In this document: positions 53,901 to 62,264 of the stretch, in pieces
Layout of the letters: each line of letters begins with the position of its first letter
Position numbering within the stretch: the first letter of the stretch is position 1
The notes under the pieces: generated by a model
Told to the model about the DNA's origin: nothing
What the model saw: only the letters and a program-made list of their open reading frames with translations
The model's database searches: none
Assembly: GCA_963746845.1 (NCBI GenBank)
Contig: CAVVCZ010000006.1
Span: forward strand, 256,001-320,000
Origin: an uncultured Chloroflexia bacterium
GTDB taxonomy: Bacteria > Chloroflexota > Limnocylindria > Limnocylindrales > CSP1-4
DNA: 64,000 nucleotides
Direction: 5' to 3'
Program-made: the position numbers and the translations under genes

Positions 53901-55313
53901 CGAGCTGAAGTCGATGTCGACGTCCGGGTAGGTCGTCCGGCCCTCGTTGATGAACCGCTCGAACAGCAGGTTGTGCTGGATCGGCTCGACCCGGCTGATC
54001 CCGAGCGTGTACGACACGATCGAGCTGGTCGCGCTGCCCCGGCCCTGGGCCGGGATCCCCCGCTCCTTCGCGTAGCGCATCAGGTCCCAGCAGATCAGGA
54101 AGAACTCGGCGAGCCCCGCCCGCTCGATCACGTCGAGCTCGTGGGCGAGCCGGTTGACGACGGCCGGGGTCAGCGGGTGGTAGCGCTTCTTCGCGCCGGT
54201 CCAGCACAGCTCGGACAGGTACGAGAACGGCGTCTCGTTGCGGGGCACCGGGAAGCCCGGAAAGCGGTACTGCTCGAAGCCGAGGTCGACCCGGCATGCG
54301 GCGGCGAGGTCGGCAGCGCGGGCGATCCCCGCCGACCAGGCACGGGCCACGTCGCGGCCGAGCGACCCGTCGCCGGGCGGGAGCGCCGCCATCTCCCCGG
54401 CCGACTTGAGGAACGACTCGCCGTCCGCTCGCCGCAGGTCCGCGAGCGCGTCGAGCGTTCGCCCGTGGCGGATCGCCGTGAGCACGTCCTGGAACTCGCG
54501 GCCTTCCGGCCGGGCGTAATGGACGTCGTTCGTCACGACCACCGGCAATCCCAGCTCATCGGCGAGTGCCACCGTCTCCGTCACGAGCCAGTCGTCGTCG
54601 GGCAGGCGGTGGTGGGACAGCTCGAGATGGAACCCGTCCCGGCCGTAGCGCTCCGCCAGCACCGCCGCTGCCGCCCGCGCCCCGGCGCGGTCCCCGGCGA
54701 GCAGCCGCCGGGCGATCTCGCCCTCGCGACAGCCCGACAGCGCGACCAGCCCCTCGGTGTGCTCGGCGAGAAGCGCCCCGTCGAACCGGGGCATCGCCTT
54801 CGTCCCGGCGAGGTTGGCCCGGGAGACGAGCCGGCACAGGCTCCGATAGCCAGTCGCGTCGCGCGCCAGCAGCACGAGATGCGGGCCGCGCTGCCGCTCG
54901 CCGATCCCGCGCTGGTCCTCCTTGACCGCCTCGCGATGACCGGGCAGCCGGGCGCGCTCGGGACGCGGTCGATCGGGCTCGCCCTCACGAGCAGCGGAGT
55001 CCTCCGCGGCCGGGCCGATCAGGTGCTTCCGACGGCCGCCACGCCGGGCGGTGCGCCGGGCCGGGACGACGATCCGATCCGGGTCGTCGACGATCGGATC
55101 GCGCAGCTCGATCTCCACGCCGAGGACCGGCTGCAGCCCGACCTCCTCGAATGCGGACGTGGCGCGGACGACCCCGTACAGACCCTGGTGATCGGTGATC
55201 CCGAGGCCGGTCAGCCCGAGCTCGACGGCCCGCTCGGCCAGCTCGTCGGGCGCCGAGGCGCCGTCCAGGAACGAGAAGTTCGTGTGGCAGTGGAGCTCGG
55301 CATAGGCGGCCAT
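50955..55313 (-). CDS. dnaE2: Error-prone DNA polymerase III alpha subunit DnaE2 (1452 aa, with insertions)
   Basis: YAELHCHTNFSFLDGAS, GRGSA, FERF, PDVDIDF, PRHLSIHSGG, KLDLLGLG, FAKSHA, RQHPMTAKG, LEDETG; LexA box upstream. Confidence 0.95.
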   Translation of the reverse strand: MAAYAELHCHTNFSFLDGASAPDELAERAVELGLTGLGITDHQGLYGVVRATSAFEEVGLQPVLGVEIELRDPIVDDPDRIVVPARRTARRGGRRKHLIGPAAEDSAAREGEPDRPRPERARLPGHREAVKEDQRGIGERQRGPHLVLLARDATGYRSLCRLVSRANLAGTKAMPRFDGALLAEHTEGLVALSGCREGEIARRLLAGDRAGARAAAAVLAERYGRDGFHLELSHHRLPDDDWLVTETVALADELGLPVVVTNDVHYARPEGREFQDVLTAIRHGRTLDALADLRRADGESFLKSAGEMAALPPGDGSLGRDVARAWSAGIARAADLAAACRVDLGFEQYRFPGFPVPRNETPFSYLSELCWTGAKKRYHPLTPAVVNRLAHELDVIERAGLAEFFLICWDLMRYAKERGIPAQGRGSATSSIVSYTLGISRVEPIQHNLLFERFINEGRTTYPDVDIDFSSERREEVIQYIYNRYGPEHTGMVCNLVTYRARSAVREVGVALGFPRPLVDRVAKALETYDSVMVRRDLEADGGFAEFFKRPGDGLPAESGAAAEAETRGFVDGMGQLNTRMPLVGKVPPWRQPPKPVDPDAPRPFAWLGGALSEAISPPVLPAGEVGPQDASRGPDGPSATLERARIVLPDLASGNRRARNSTPAHVGDAKRTGGVLPDALAPRTAIRPSRNGDDEGGPGDTPASVAWLREGRGTGYAADRERLVAPALLPDGQGGRAIDPESGMPEPPARKADRLGRPNHWDPPAPKTAAMGRGGDHSSVARVEPELPPQPLGGSTVGLSDWERWLEFCARIDGFPRHLSIHSGGMLVTAAPLIDIAPLERATMKDRVVVQFDKRDVEAIKLIKLDLLGLGMLAAIDETLQLIEHDCAVCLDLDRLPESVPEVFAMLQAADTVGVFQVESRAQMQTLPKSTPSNLDDLVVEVAIIRPGPIQGNAVHPYLRRKQGLEPVTYLHPSLEPVLKDSMGVILYQEQVMRIAIEVAGFSPAESDGFRRAMGTWRSTREMEKLHARFHDGCMKQPGMTEDIAEELFRQVAAFASFGFAKSHAAAFARTAYESSFLKLFYPAQFVVGLINAQPMGFYPVEVLVNDAKRHGVAVLPVDINRSTYATTTEWVGRPGWAIGEGDDGPGEPLPEDAGIERRPAPVRSSGCTIPSDEARERWAAESAVGWGVRLGLRLVKGIGEEHRELLDAELARGPYRSLADVVERTGLHEETLERLIRVGALDSLGRPRRELLWQLREVAGATRGRLDGRSTRGGAFTRAASRPMALRLPATDAPTLPGLTESERIGDAYAVIGLDARRQVVTLYRPALDRLGAVTNAALNDRTPGRVRIGGLVVTRQHPMTAKGTVFLALEDETGMVNVTLWPDTWARLRGIVRRHALLLVDGDLQRESSVVNVIARDVQALVEVTATAGAPARPEGVKALGYAGMRRLG

Positions 55314-55329
55314 CGGATCGTCTACGATA

Positions 55330-55341
55330 GAACAGATGTTC
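55330..55341. promoter_or_regulatory. LexA (SOS) box upstream of dnaE2
   Basis: GAAC-AGAT-GTTC abutting TATCGT -10 on the minus strand. Confidence 0.85.
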
Positions 55342-55389
55342 GACGGTCGTCGAGCCCACCGGCGGCTCGAAAATCGTGAGCTGGACCGC

Positions 55390-55417
55390 GCAACAAGAGC
55401 GGCCTGTCCAGCGTCTA
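55390..55417 (+). promoter_or_regulatory. Putative ECF-sigma promoter
   Basis: GCAAC-N17-CGTCTA, 7 nt before the ATG at 55425. Confidence 0.5.
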
Positions 55418-55424
55418 CTGGCCC

Positions 55425-55553
55425 ATGAAGCGGGACGCGTCCAGTCTCCTCGCCATCACCCTGCGGACGGGGCTCATGGTCGGGCTCGCGATGATCCTGA
55501 TCCTCGTTCTTCTCCCCGCGGTGTTGGGAGCACAGGCGGCCGGGATCCGCTGA
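55425..55553 (+). CDS. Small single-TM peptide (42 aa)
   Basis: MKRDASSLLAITLRTGLMVGLAMILILVLLPAVLGAQAAGIR; missed by the ORF track. Confidence 0.6.
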   Translation: MKRDASSLLAITLRTGLMVGLAMILILVLLPAVLGAQAAGIR

Positions 55554-55731
55554 ACCATCAACCGTCCTGCGCCTGGGGGCCCGGGACGAGCGGCGGCAGA
55601 GATCGCGATGATCGATGCCGACCCGCCGCGAACCTGGTGAGCGGGTTTGCGGCCACAAGACCGCCGTCGTGCTGGGGCGCGACGGCGGTCTTCCTGTTCC
55701 GCCGACCCGGCCGGCCGTCTAGGATGCCCGC

Positions 55732-56256
55732 GTGACCGCGCCACGACGCCGGGCCGCCATCCCTCTCGTCCCGATCCTCGCGATCGCGTTCACCCTGGTC
55801 GCGGCCGGATGTGGTCCCGACGCCGCCCGCGCGACGCCGGCGCCGTCCCGGCCTTCGGCCCCCGACCTGACCCCCGTCCCGGGCGCTCCCGGCACGAATC
55901 CCTCGAACGACGTGCCGACGACCACCACCGACGTCGACGGGTTCGGCCCGATCCGGGATGCGGTTCCGCCGTCCTTCCCGAGGCTCGCCGGACAGGAGCC
56001 GGCCGACACCGGCGCCGGACCGACGAGCGGCGCCTTCGCGGTGAACATGACGGCCGCCGCAGCATCTGCGGCGATGCAGGCGAAGCTGACGACCGCCGGC
56101 TGGAGCGCGGACGTGGGCTCTCCCCTCGAGGACGGCTCGGTCGTGCTCGAGGCGACGGGCGCCCCACCGGGTTGCAAGGCCGAGGTACGCTTCACCCCGA
56201 CGTCCGGCACGACCACCATGTCGGTGCTGTACGGGGCAAGCTGCCCCGCGAGCTGA
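55732..56256 (+). CDS. Hypothetical lipoprotein
   Basis: Lipobox AAGC, Pro-rich linker, two C-terminal Cys; TAGGAT 6 nt before the GTG. Confidence 0.75.
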   Translation: MTAPRRRAAIPLVPILAIAFTLVAAGCGPDAARATPAPSRPSAPDLTPVPGAPGTNPSNDVPTTTTDVDGFGPIRDAVPPSFPRLAGQEPADTGAGPTSGAFAVNMTAAAASAAMQAKLTTAGWSADVGSPLEDGSVVLEATGAPPGCKAEVRFTPTSGTTTMSVLYGASCPAS

Positions 56257-56363
56257 GCGCAGAGGAGACCGGATCGACGCAGGTCAGGACCCGCGATCCC
56301 GCGGGATCACCTCTGACGGCCGCTCGATCCTCGTTCCCGCGACGCACCGGCGTTGACTCCCCC

Positions 56364-56391
56364 GTAACGAAACGCGAACGGCCGCCGTCCA
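56364..56391 (+). promoter_or_regulatory. Putative ECF-sigma promoter
   Basis: GTAAC-N17-CGTCCA, same architecture as 55390-55417. Confidence 0.45.
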
Positions 56392-56436
56392 TGCGTCGAC
56401 GACCGGGAGGGGACCGGTCCGATCCGGGGTGATGGC

Positions 56437-56547
56437 GTGCAGCAACGGACCACGCGCTCGAACGATCTCGAGACGGTCGCCTTCGTCGTTCTCCTCTTCG
56501 TGCTCCTTCTCGTGGTGATCCTGACAGTGGGGTCGCCGATCGGCTGA
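56437..56547 (+). CDS. Small single-TM peptide (36 aa)
   Basis: MQQRTTRSNDLETVAFVVLLFVLLLVVILTVGSPIG; GGGGTGA RBS-like sequence. Confidence 0.5.
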   Translation: MQQRTTRSNDLETVAFVVLLFVLLLVVILTVGSPIG

Positions 56548-56570
56548 CGCTCCGTGCGCGCGGCAGGCCC

Positions 56571-56819
56571 TCAGTCGTACAGCCGCTCCAGGTGCCACGT
56601 GCCGGCCAGCCGGTCGTGGTAGACGAGGGCGAGCCAGCGCCGCCCGACGACCTTGCAGTAGTCGCGCTCGATCGGTTCGCGCCACCACGATTCCGCGACC
56701 CGCCAGCTGTTGCAGACCTCGACCGGCTCGCGCTGGCCGTTCCAGGCGATCGCCACGAGCCGGCCGTCCCCGTCCAGCTCGACCCCGATCTCCGGGTGCT
56801 CGCGGAGGAGCCGGGTCAT
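56571..56819 (-). CDS. Stand-alone ImuB C-terminal-like domain (DUF6504-like)
   Basis: WRVAESWWREPIERDY...WHLERLYD resembles the ImuB C-terminal WW..RDY..W.L motif; ATGA overlap with imuB. Confidence 0.75.
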   Translation of the reverse strand: MTRLLREHPEIGVELDGDGRLVAIAWNGQREPVEVCNSWRVAESWWREPIERDYCKVVGRRWLALVYHDRLAGTWHLERLYD

Positions 56820-58054
56820 GACCGCCAGCCCCAGCGATGCTCCGCGAGCGGCGCCTCGGGATCCGTGACCGCGACCCGTCGGACCCGATCCTCCCCGAAC
56901 GTCAGCGCCAGGCGCGCGAGCTGCCAGCCGAGCCGGGCCGCCTGGGCGGCCTGCGGCACGAACAGCGGGAGCTGCTGACCGACGGCCGGCTCGACGCCGG
57001 CCAGCTCCAGCTCGATCCGCTCGACCGGTGCCGGCGGCGGCGTCCGCTCCAGCCGGGCGAGCAGCAGGCGCTCGATCGCGTCCGCGTCGGCGGTCGGCTC
57101 GGGGAAGCGCTGCTCGACGATCATCTCCCCGGCCGTGCCGGGCGCCGCGAACGCGAGGTCCAGCGTCAGCCGCAGGTGCGCGCGAGCGGCGGCCATCCCC
57201 CGCGCATCGACCTGGGCGGCGAGCGCGGCCGCGAGCCGATGGAGGACGAACCGGAGCGACTCCGTCTCCGCCACGGGCGGGTCGATGGGGAGCGACAGGG
57301 TCAGCCGCTCCGGCGCACGGCGCGGCCGGAACGGCTCCAGCTCCTCACCGCGGGACCGGGCGTGGAGTCGCTCGCCCTCGTCCCCGAACCGGGCGACGAG
57401 CGCCGACTTCGGCAGCTCCGCGACCGCCCCGATCCGGCGGAGCCCGAACCGGGCCAGGCGGGCCCGGACGTCGGGGTCGGGCGTGAGGAGGACCGACGGG
57501 AGCGGCGCGAGGAAGCCGGCGTCGCCGCCCGGCTCCACGGCCCGGAGGACGCCCGGCTCCGCGTGGCCCGCGGCGACCGTCGCGGCAAAGCGCGTCCCCG
57601 CGATCCCCGGCCGCGGCGCGCCCGGCAGGACGCCGTCCGTGTCCAGCGCCCGGACCAGCCGCTCGACGAGGACCGGCTCGGGGCCCCACAGCCGGTCGAG
57701 CCCATCGGCCTGGAGCTCGATCAGCCCGAAGGCCGGATCGGTCGGGTCGGTCGTGCCGGCGAGCCCCGGGCTGAACCGGGCGAGCGTCTCGAAGGCGGCC
57801 TCGACGGCCGCCGCGTCCGCGTCCGGCTCCGAGTCGAGGAAGGCGGCCTCAGGAGCGAGCCGGTGCGCGCTTCCGAGCGGGATCCCGCGCCGGACGCCGA
57901 GCGCCCGGGCCGCCGGATCCGCGTCGATCACCGTCCCGTCCGTCCACGGCTGCCCGCCGAGAACGACCGGCCGGTCCGTCGGGAACGAGTCGGAGTGGCG
58001 GGACCGCGCCAGCCGGATCGGGAGATGGGGCCAGTAGAGATGGAGGAGTCGCAT
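56816..58054 (-). CDS. imuB: ImuB, inactive Y-family polymerase homologue
   Basis: A.ALGVRRGIPL..A..LAPE, FSP, LARFGLRRIG, LVARFG, clamp motif QLPLF; catalytic acidic motifs absent. Confidence 0.88.
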   Translation of the reverse strand: MRLLHLYWPHLPIRLARSRHSDSFPTDRPVVLGGQPWTDGTVIDADPAARALGVRRGIPLGSAHRLAPEAAFLDSEPDADAAAVEAAFETLARFSPGLAGTTDPTDPAFGLIELQADGLDRLWGPEPVLVERLVRALDTDGVLPGAPRPGIAGTRFAATVAAGHAEPGVLRAVEPGGDAGFLAPLPSVLLTPDPDVRARLARFGLRRIGAVAELPKSALVARFGDEGERLHARSRGEELEPFRPRRAPERLTLSLPIDPPVAETESLRFVLHRLAAALAAQVDARGMAAARAHLRLTLDLAFAAPGTAGEMIVEQRFPEPTADADAIERLLLARLERTPPPAPVERIELELAGVEPAVGQQLPLFVPQAAQAARLGWQLARLALTFGEDRVRRVAVTDPEAPLAEHRWGWRS

Positions 58055-58970
58055 CGGTCGGGATCCGTGGGTCGAGGATGCCGGTGGGGGCGGCAAGGGG
58101 GACGACGATGGCGGGTCTCGCCCCGTCGTCGCGGAGGAGGTCCGGGCGGCGGAGGCACCGATCCCGCTCGCCGCCCTCGGCGTAGAGGATCCGGAGCTCC
58201 GCCCGTCTGCCCGGCGGCCCGTAGCGACTGCGGGCCACGAGCGCCTCGGTCCGCTGGCCGACGACGTCGCGGCCGAGCCGGATCCAGCTCGTTCGGCTGA
58301 GCTCGAGCCGGAGCCCGGTCGATTCGGCGACGGCGGTCGCGAGACCGGCGGTCAGGCCCGGCGGCTCGAGGGCGACGAGGAGCGTCTCGGCGCGTCTCGC
58401 CAGTGCCGCCAGCCGTCGCAGGCGGTCGGCGACCTTCGCCGGCGTCGTGCCCGCGTTCGGGCGCGGCGGCAGGTCGATGACGAGGACGTCGACCGATCGC
58501 GCGGCGAGGAGCATCCCGGCGATCGACAGACCCTCGTCGACGGTCTCCGGCGTCAGCACGACGAGCCAGTCCAGCCGGACGCCGCGGGCGGCGGCCTCGA
58601 CCGGGTCGAGCGCGCGGGCGAGATCGAGCCAGGCGACGATCGCGCCATCGGCCTGGGCCTCGGCGACGAGCCGGAGGGCGAGGGTCGTGGCGCCGGAGCT
58701 CGGCGCGCCGCGCAGCGCCACGCTCGCGCTCCGCGGCAGCCCGCCCGGCCCGACGATCGCGTCGAGGTCCGGGAAGCCGGTCCGGACGATCCGCTCGACG
58801 CCAGTTCGCGGCTCGCCCGCGGGAGCTGGAGCGAGCTCGGATGGGTCGTCGGGCGGATCGACCGGGAGCGGCGCCGTGGCCAGCGCTCCGATCACCCGCG
58901 GAGCTGCGGCACCCCACCGCGTCTGGAGAGACGCCAAAGCCGCCGAGACGTCCGGGGAGAGGCTGGCCAT
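57849..58970 (-). CDS. imuA: ImuA-like RecA homologue
   Basis: TGFPDLDAIVGPGGLPR, degenerate Walker A GAPSSGATT, WLD...LDP..AAARGV.L..L, VLVID; the ORF tail overlaps imuB by 206 nt. Confidence 0.85.
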   Translation of the reverse strand: MASLSPDVSAALASLQTRWGAAAPRVIGALATAPLPVDPPDDPSELAPAPAGEPRTGVERIVRTGFPDLDAIVGPGGLPRSASVALRGAPSSGATTLALRLVAEAQADGAIVAWLDLARALDPVEAAARGVRLDWLVVLTPETVDEGLSIAGMLLAARSVDVLVIDLPPRPNAGTTPAKVADRLRRLAALARRAETLLVALEPPGLTAGLATAVAESTGLRLELSRTSWIRLGRDVVGQRTEALVARSRYGPPGRRAELRILYAEGGERDRCLRRPDLLRDDGARPAIVVPLAAPTGILDPRIPTDATPPSLLAPSPDPAGAVPPLRLVPDGPAGRSRRAAVDGRDGDRRGSGGPGARRPARDPARKRAPARS

Positions 58971-58979
58971 CGGACGTCA

Positions 58980-59008
58980 AGATTAGAACAAACGTTCTGT
59001 ACCGTCAA
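58980..59008 (-). promoter_or_regulatory. Sigma70 promoter with a LexA box in the spacer, upstream of imuA
   Basis: TTGACG-N17-TAATCT; AGAAC-AAAC-GTTCT at 58985-58998. Confidence 0.9.
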
Positions 59009-59223
59009 TCAGATCGTGGCGATTTCTGTCATCGCCCATGGGCAGACCGTTAGGCGGCGAGTCCGGCCTGAATCGGTCGAATCGCAGGCTGTCGTAGCCG
59101 TCAGGGGCTAACGATGCGGCCGGAGATCCCGATTCGGGGCGATGATCCCGCCCCAACGGTCCCGGGGCGGTCATCTGACAGAAAGGCCGCGGGCCGGTCG
59201 AGCCGGTCCCGCTCCCCCGGCCA

Positions 59224-59241
59224 CTGTCACCCGGGCGTCAT
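59224..59241 (+). promoter_or_regulatory. Putative OmpR/PhoB-type direct-repeat site
   Basis: CTGTCAC-N4-GCGTCAT (11-bp period) upstream of TACGGT -10 of the response regulator. Confidence 0.35.
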
Positions 59242-59265
59242 CGCGAGGGCCTACGGTCGGCGATC

Positions 59266-60021
59266 ATGCTCGAGATGCAGCCTCCTGCCCTGCCCGATCG
59301 GCCGATCCTCGTCGTCGACGACGACGCGAAGATCGTCCGGCTCGTCCGGACATACCTGGAGCGCGACGGGTTCAGCGTCGTCACGGCCGCGGACGGGCCG
59401 GGTGCCCTCGACGCGATCGAGACCCACCGGCCGGCGCTCGTCGTCCTCGACCTGATGCTGCCGGAGCTCGACGGGCGGGCCGTGATCCGCGCCGTCCGGC
59501 GCGACGAGGAGGCCGGCGCGACGCCGATCCTCGTCCTCTCGGCACGTGGCACGACGATCGACCGGATCGCCGGGCTCGAGGACGGCGCCGACGACTACCT
59601 GCCGAAGCCGTTCTCGCCCGCCGAGCTCGTCGTTCGCGTGAAGGCGATCCTCCGCCGATCGACCGGCGGCGCGACGGCCGCGACCGCCGCTCCGAGCCCG
59701 GGCTCGACCGGCGTCATCCGCCACAACGACCTGACGCTCGACCGGGAGCGCCACGAGGTCACCGTGGGTGGCGCGTCCGTGCAGCTCACGAATGTCGAGT
59801 TCCGCCTCCTCCAGACACTCCTCGAGGCCGACGGCCGCGTCCTCAGCCGCGACCAGCTGCTCGATGCCGTCTGGGGCGCCGACCAGTCCGAGGTCCTCGA
59901 CCGGACGATCGACGTCCACATCCGCCGCCTCCGCGACAAGCTCGGCGACGACGCGGACGCCCCGCGCTACGTCGCGACGGTCCGCGGCGCCGGCTATCGA
60001 TCGGCGCCCGTGACGGCGTGA
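59266..60021 (+). CDS. OmpR/PhoB-family response regulator
   Basis: LVVDDD, LDLMLPELDG, GADDYLPKPF, RTIDVHIRRLRDK, TVRGAGY. Confidence 0.96.
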   Translation: MLEMQPPALPDRPILVVDDDAKIVRLVRTYLERDGFSVVTAADGPGALDAIETHRPALVVLDLMLPELDGRAVIRAVRRDEEAGATPILVLSARGTTIDRIAGLEDGADDYLPKPFSPAELVVRVKAILRRSTGGATAATAAPSPGSTGVIRHNDLTLDRERHEVTVGGASVQLTNVEFRLLQTLLEADGRVLSRDQLLDAVWGADQSEVLDRTIDVHIRRLRDKLGDDADAPRYVATVRGAGYRSAPVTA

Positions 60022-60022
60022 C

Positions 60023-61087
60023 GTGAGCTCGCGCGGGATCGCCACGCGGATCGCGCTCGCCGCCCTCGCGTCGGCCGCGCTCGGGATCCTGATCGTCGTC
60101 GTCGGCGTGCTCGTCGTCGGCGGCCAGGTCTTCACCGACCTGATGACGCGGGCGGGCGACTCGGCGGCCCACGCCCGGGCGATGTACGACCAGTCCGTGA
60201 CGACCGTCGTGGTCGCCGCGGTGATCGTGGCCGCGATCGCGAGCATCCTCCTGTCCGTCCTGATGGCGCGGATGCTCGTCCGGCCGCTCCGCGAGGTGGG
60301 CGCCGCCGCCCGCCGCATCGCCGACGGCGACTACGCCGCCCGGGTCCCTCGCGAGGGTCCCGAAGAGATCGCCAGCCTCGCCGATTCCTTCAACCAGATG
60401 GCGCACAGCCTCGAGGAGCAGGAACGGATGCGGCGTGACTTCATCGCGAACGCCGCCCACGAGCTGCGCACCCCGCTGACGAACCTGCAGGGCTACCTCG
60501 AGGCGCTGCGGGACGGCGTGATCGTCGCCGACCGGCAGACCTACGAGTCGCTCCACGAGGAGGCCGAGCGGCTCGTCCGGCTGTCCCGCTCGCTCGACGC
60601 CCTGGCCGAGGGTGACGCCGCGTCCTCACCGCCGGAGCTGCAGGCGATCGACCTCGCTGCAACGGTCCGCATGGCGGTCGAGCTGGCGCAGCCGGCGCTG
60701 GACCGGGCCGGTCTGCGGGTGTCGGTCGACGCGCCCGAGACGCTGCCTGCCCGGGCCAATCCGGACCATCTCGCCCAGGTGCTCGCAAACCTGCTCTCGA
60801 ATGCGGTCCGCTACACGCCACGCGGCGGCATGGTCTCCGTTCGCGTCGAACGCCATCCGGACGATCTCCTCGTCTCGATCGCCAACACCGGCGACGCGAT
60901 CCCGCCCGAGGACCTCGACCGCGTCTTCGAGCGCTTCTACCGCGTCGAGAAGTCGCGGGACCGTGCCCGCGGCGGCGCCGGGATCGGGCTGTCGATCGTG
61001 AAGCAGCTGATCGAGTCCGAAGGCGGCCGCGTCGGCGCCGAGTCCGGCGACGGCCAGACGCGCTTCTGGTTCAGCCTGCCGGCCTAA
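60023..61087 (+). CDS. HAMP-domain sensor histidine kinase (BaeS-like)
   Basis: Two TMs, HAMP, AHELRTPL, NLLSNAVRY, FERFYR, GAGIGL. Confidence 0.95.
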   Translation: MSSRGIATRIALAALASAALGILIVVVGVLVVGGQVFTDLMTRAGDSAAHARAMYDQSVTTVVVAAVIVAAIASILLSVLMARMLVRPLREVGAAARRIADGDYAARVPREGPEEIASLADSFNQMAHSLEEQERMRRDFIANAAHELRTPLTNLQGYLEALRDGVIVADRQTYESLHEEAERLVRLSRSLDALAEGDAASSPPELQAIDLAATVRMAVELAQPALDRAGLRVSVDAPETLPARANPDHLAQVLANLLSNAVRYTPRGGMVSVRVERHPDDLLVSIANTGDAIPPEDLDRVFERFYRVEKSRDRARGGAGIGLSIVKQLIESEGGRVGAESGDGQTRFWFSLPA

Positions 61088-61986
61088 GGCAGCGCCACCG
61101 CGACCAGACCCGCCGCGATCCCCACGAGGCCGAGCCATTGCGTCGGGCGCAGGCGCTCGCCCCACAGGACAACCGCCACGATCACCGTCACGACCGGGCC
61201 GAACGAGCTCGCGAGCCCGACGATCCAGGTCGGCGCCTGCTCGAGCCCGATCGCGAACGCGACGAGGCCGACGATGTCGAGGATGCCCCCGATCATCGCC
61301 ACCGCGATGCCGGTCCGGAGCGAGATCGGACGTCGGTCGGCCGCGTGCGCGAGGAGCGGCGCTGCGGCCCCCGGTCGCCGTCCGAGCACGACCGCCAGGA
61401 TGACCCAGACGGTGGTCGCGTTGGCCAGCCGCGCGGCGAGCAGCACGGGGAGCCAGCCGGACGTGCGGATCGGGCCCGCCATGACGATCGTCAGACCCGC
61501 GAAGCAGATCAGCGCGACGATCGAGAAGAGCACCCCGCGGCCGACGATCCGCGTGCCGCGCCATCCGCCGTCGAAGATCAACCCGGTCAGGATGACGCCG
61601 GCCGTGCCGATCGCCGCCCCGGCGGCCTGGACCGGCGTCAGCGTCTCGCCCCGGAGGACGACCGCCAGGAGGACCGTCAGGCCGCCGTAGGCGGCCACGA
61701 CCGGGCTGACGACCGACACCGGCCCGATCCGGAGGGCGGTGAAGAACGCGATGTAGGCAGCCGCGGCGATCATCCCGCTCACGATGGCGACCAGGGTGTC
61801 CGCGGGTGTCGCGGGCAGGCCCGTCGTCCGCACGACGCACAGGACGAGCACGGCGGTGAGGCTCGTGAGCTGGACGATCGCCGCGACGTGGATGCTCCCG
61901 AGACGCCGTCCGGCATAGGCCGCCGACACGTCGACCGATCCCCAGCAGAGGGCGGCAACCAGCCCGAGGGCGAGTCCGATCGACAT
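61084..61986 (-). CDS. DMT/EamA-family transporter
   Basis: About ten TMs; GPVSVVSPV, LRGETL and WGERL repeats. Confidence 0.88.
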   Translation of the reverse strand: MSIGLALGLVAALCWGSVDVSAAYAGRRLGSIHVAAIVQLTSLTAVLVLCVVRTTGLPATPADTLVAIVSGMIAAAAYIAFFTALRIGPVSVVSPVVAAYGGLTVLLAVVLRGETLTPVQAAGAAIGTAGVILTGLIFDGGWRGTRIVGRGVLFSIVALICFAGLTIVMAGPIRTSGWLPVLLAARLANATTVWVILAVVLGRRPGAAAPLLAHAADRRPISLRTGIAVAMIGGILDIVGLVAFAIGLEQAPTWIVGLASSFGPVVTVIVAVVLWGERLRPTQWLGLVGIAAGLVAVALP

Positions 61987-62088
61987 CGGCGGAGGGTACC
62001 GGGCGGCCGGAGGCCGCGAGACCCCGTGCTACACTTCGGGACCCGTCGGCCGCCGCCGCATGCCGGTGCGCACCGCCCGCACGGCCGT

Positions 62089-62164
62089 GGGGATGTAGCT
62101 CAGCTGGGAGAGCACCGCGTTCGCATCGCGGGGGTCAGGGGTTCGAGTCCCCTCATCTCCACCA
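62089..62164 (+). tRNA. tRNA-Ala (anticodon CGC)
   Basis: GGGGATG/CATCTCC acceptor stem with G3:U70, anticodon arm CCGCG-TTCGCAT-CGCGG, GTTCGAG T-loop, encoded CCA. Confidence 0.97.
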
Positions 62165-62231
62165 CCCACTCGCCCTTCCCCGGTTGCGCGCGCGCCCCGG
62201 CAGGCTGCGCCCCGGACACCCCGGCACGCAG

Positions 62232-62264
62232 ACGAACGGGCGGGCTCGAAGGCCCGCCGTTCGT
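62232..62264. terminator. Hairpin downstream of the tRNA (possibly bidirectional)
   Basis: ACGAACGGGCGGGC-loop-GCCCGCCGTTCGT. Confidence 0.6.

Noticed and set aside
56437-56547. Flp pilin call for the small peptide
   Set aside because: Lacks the G|xxxxEY prepilin motif and there are no tad genes nearby
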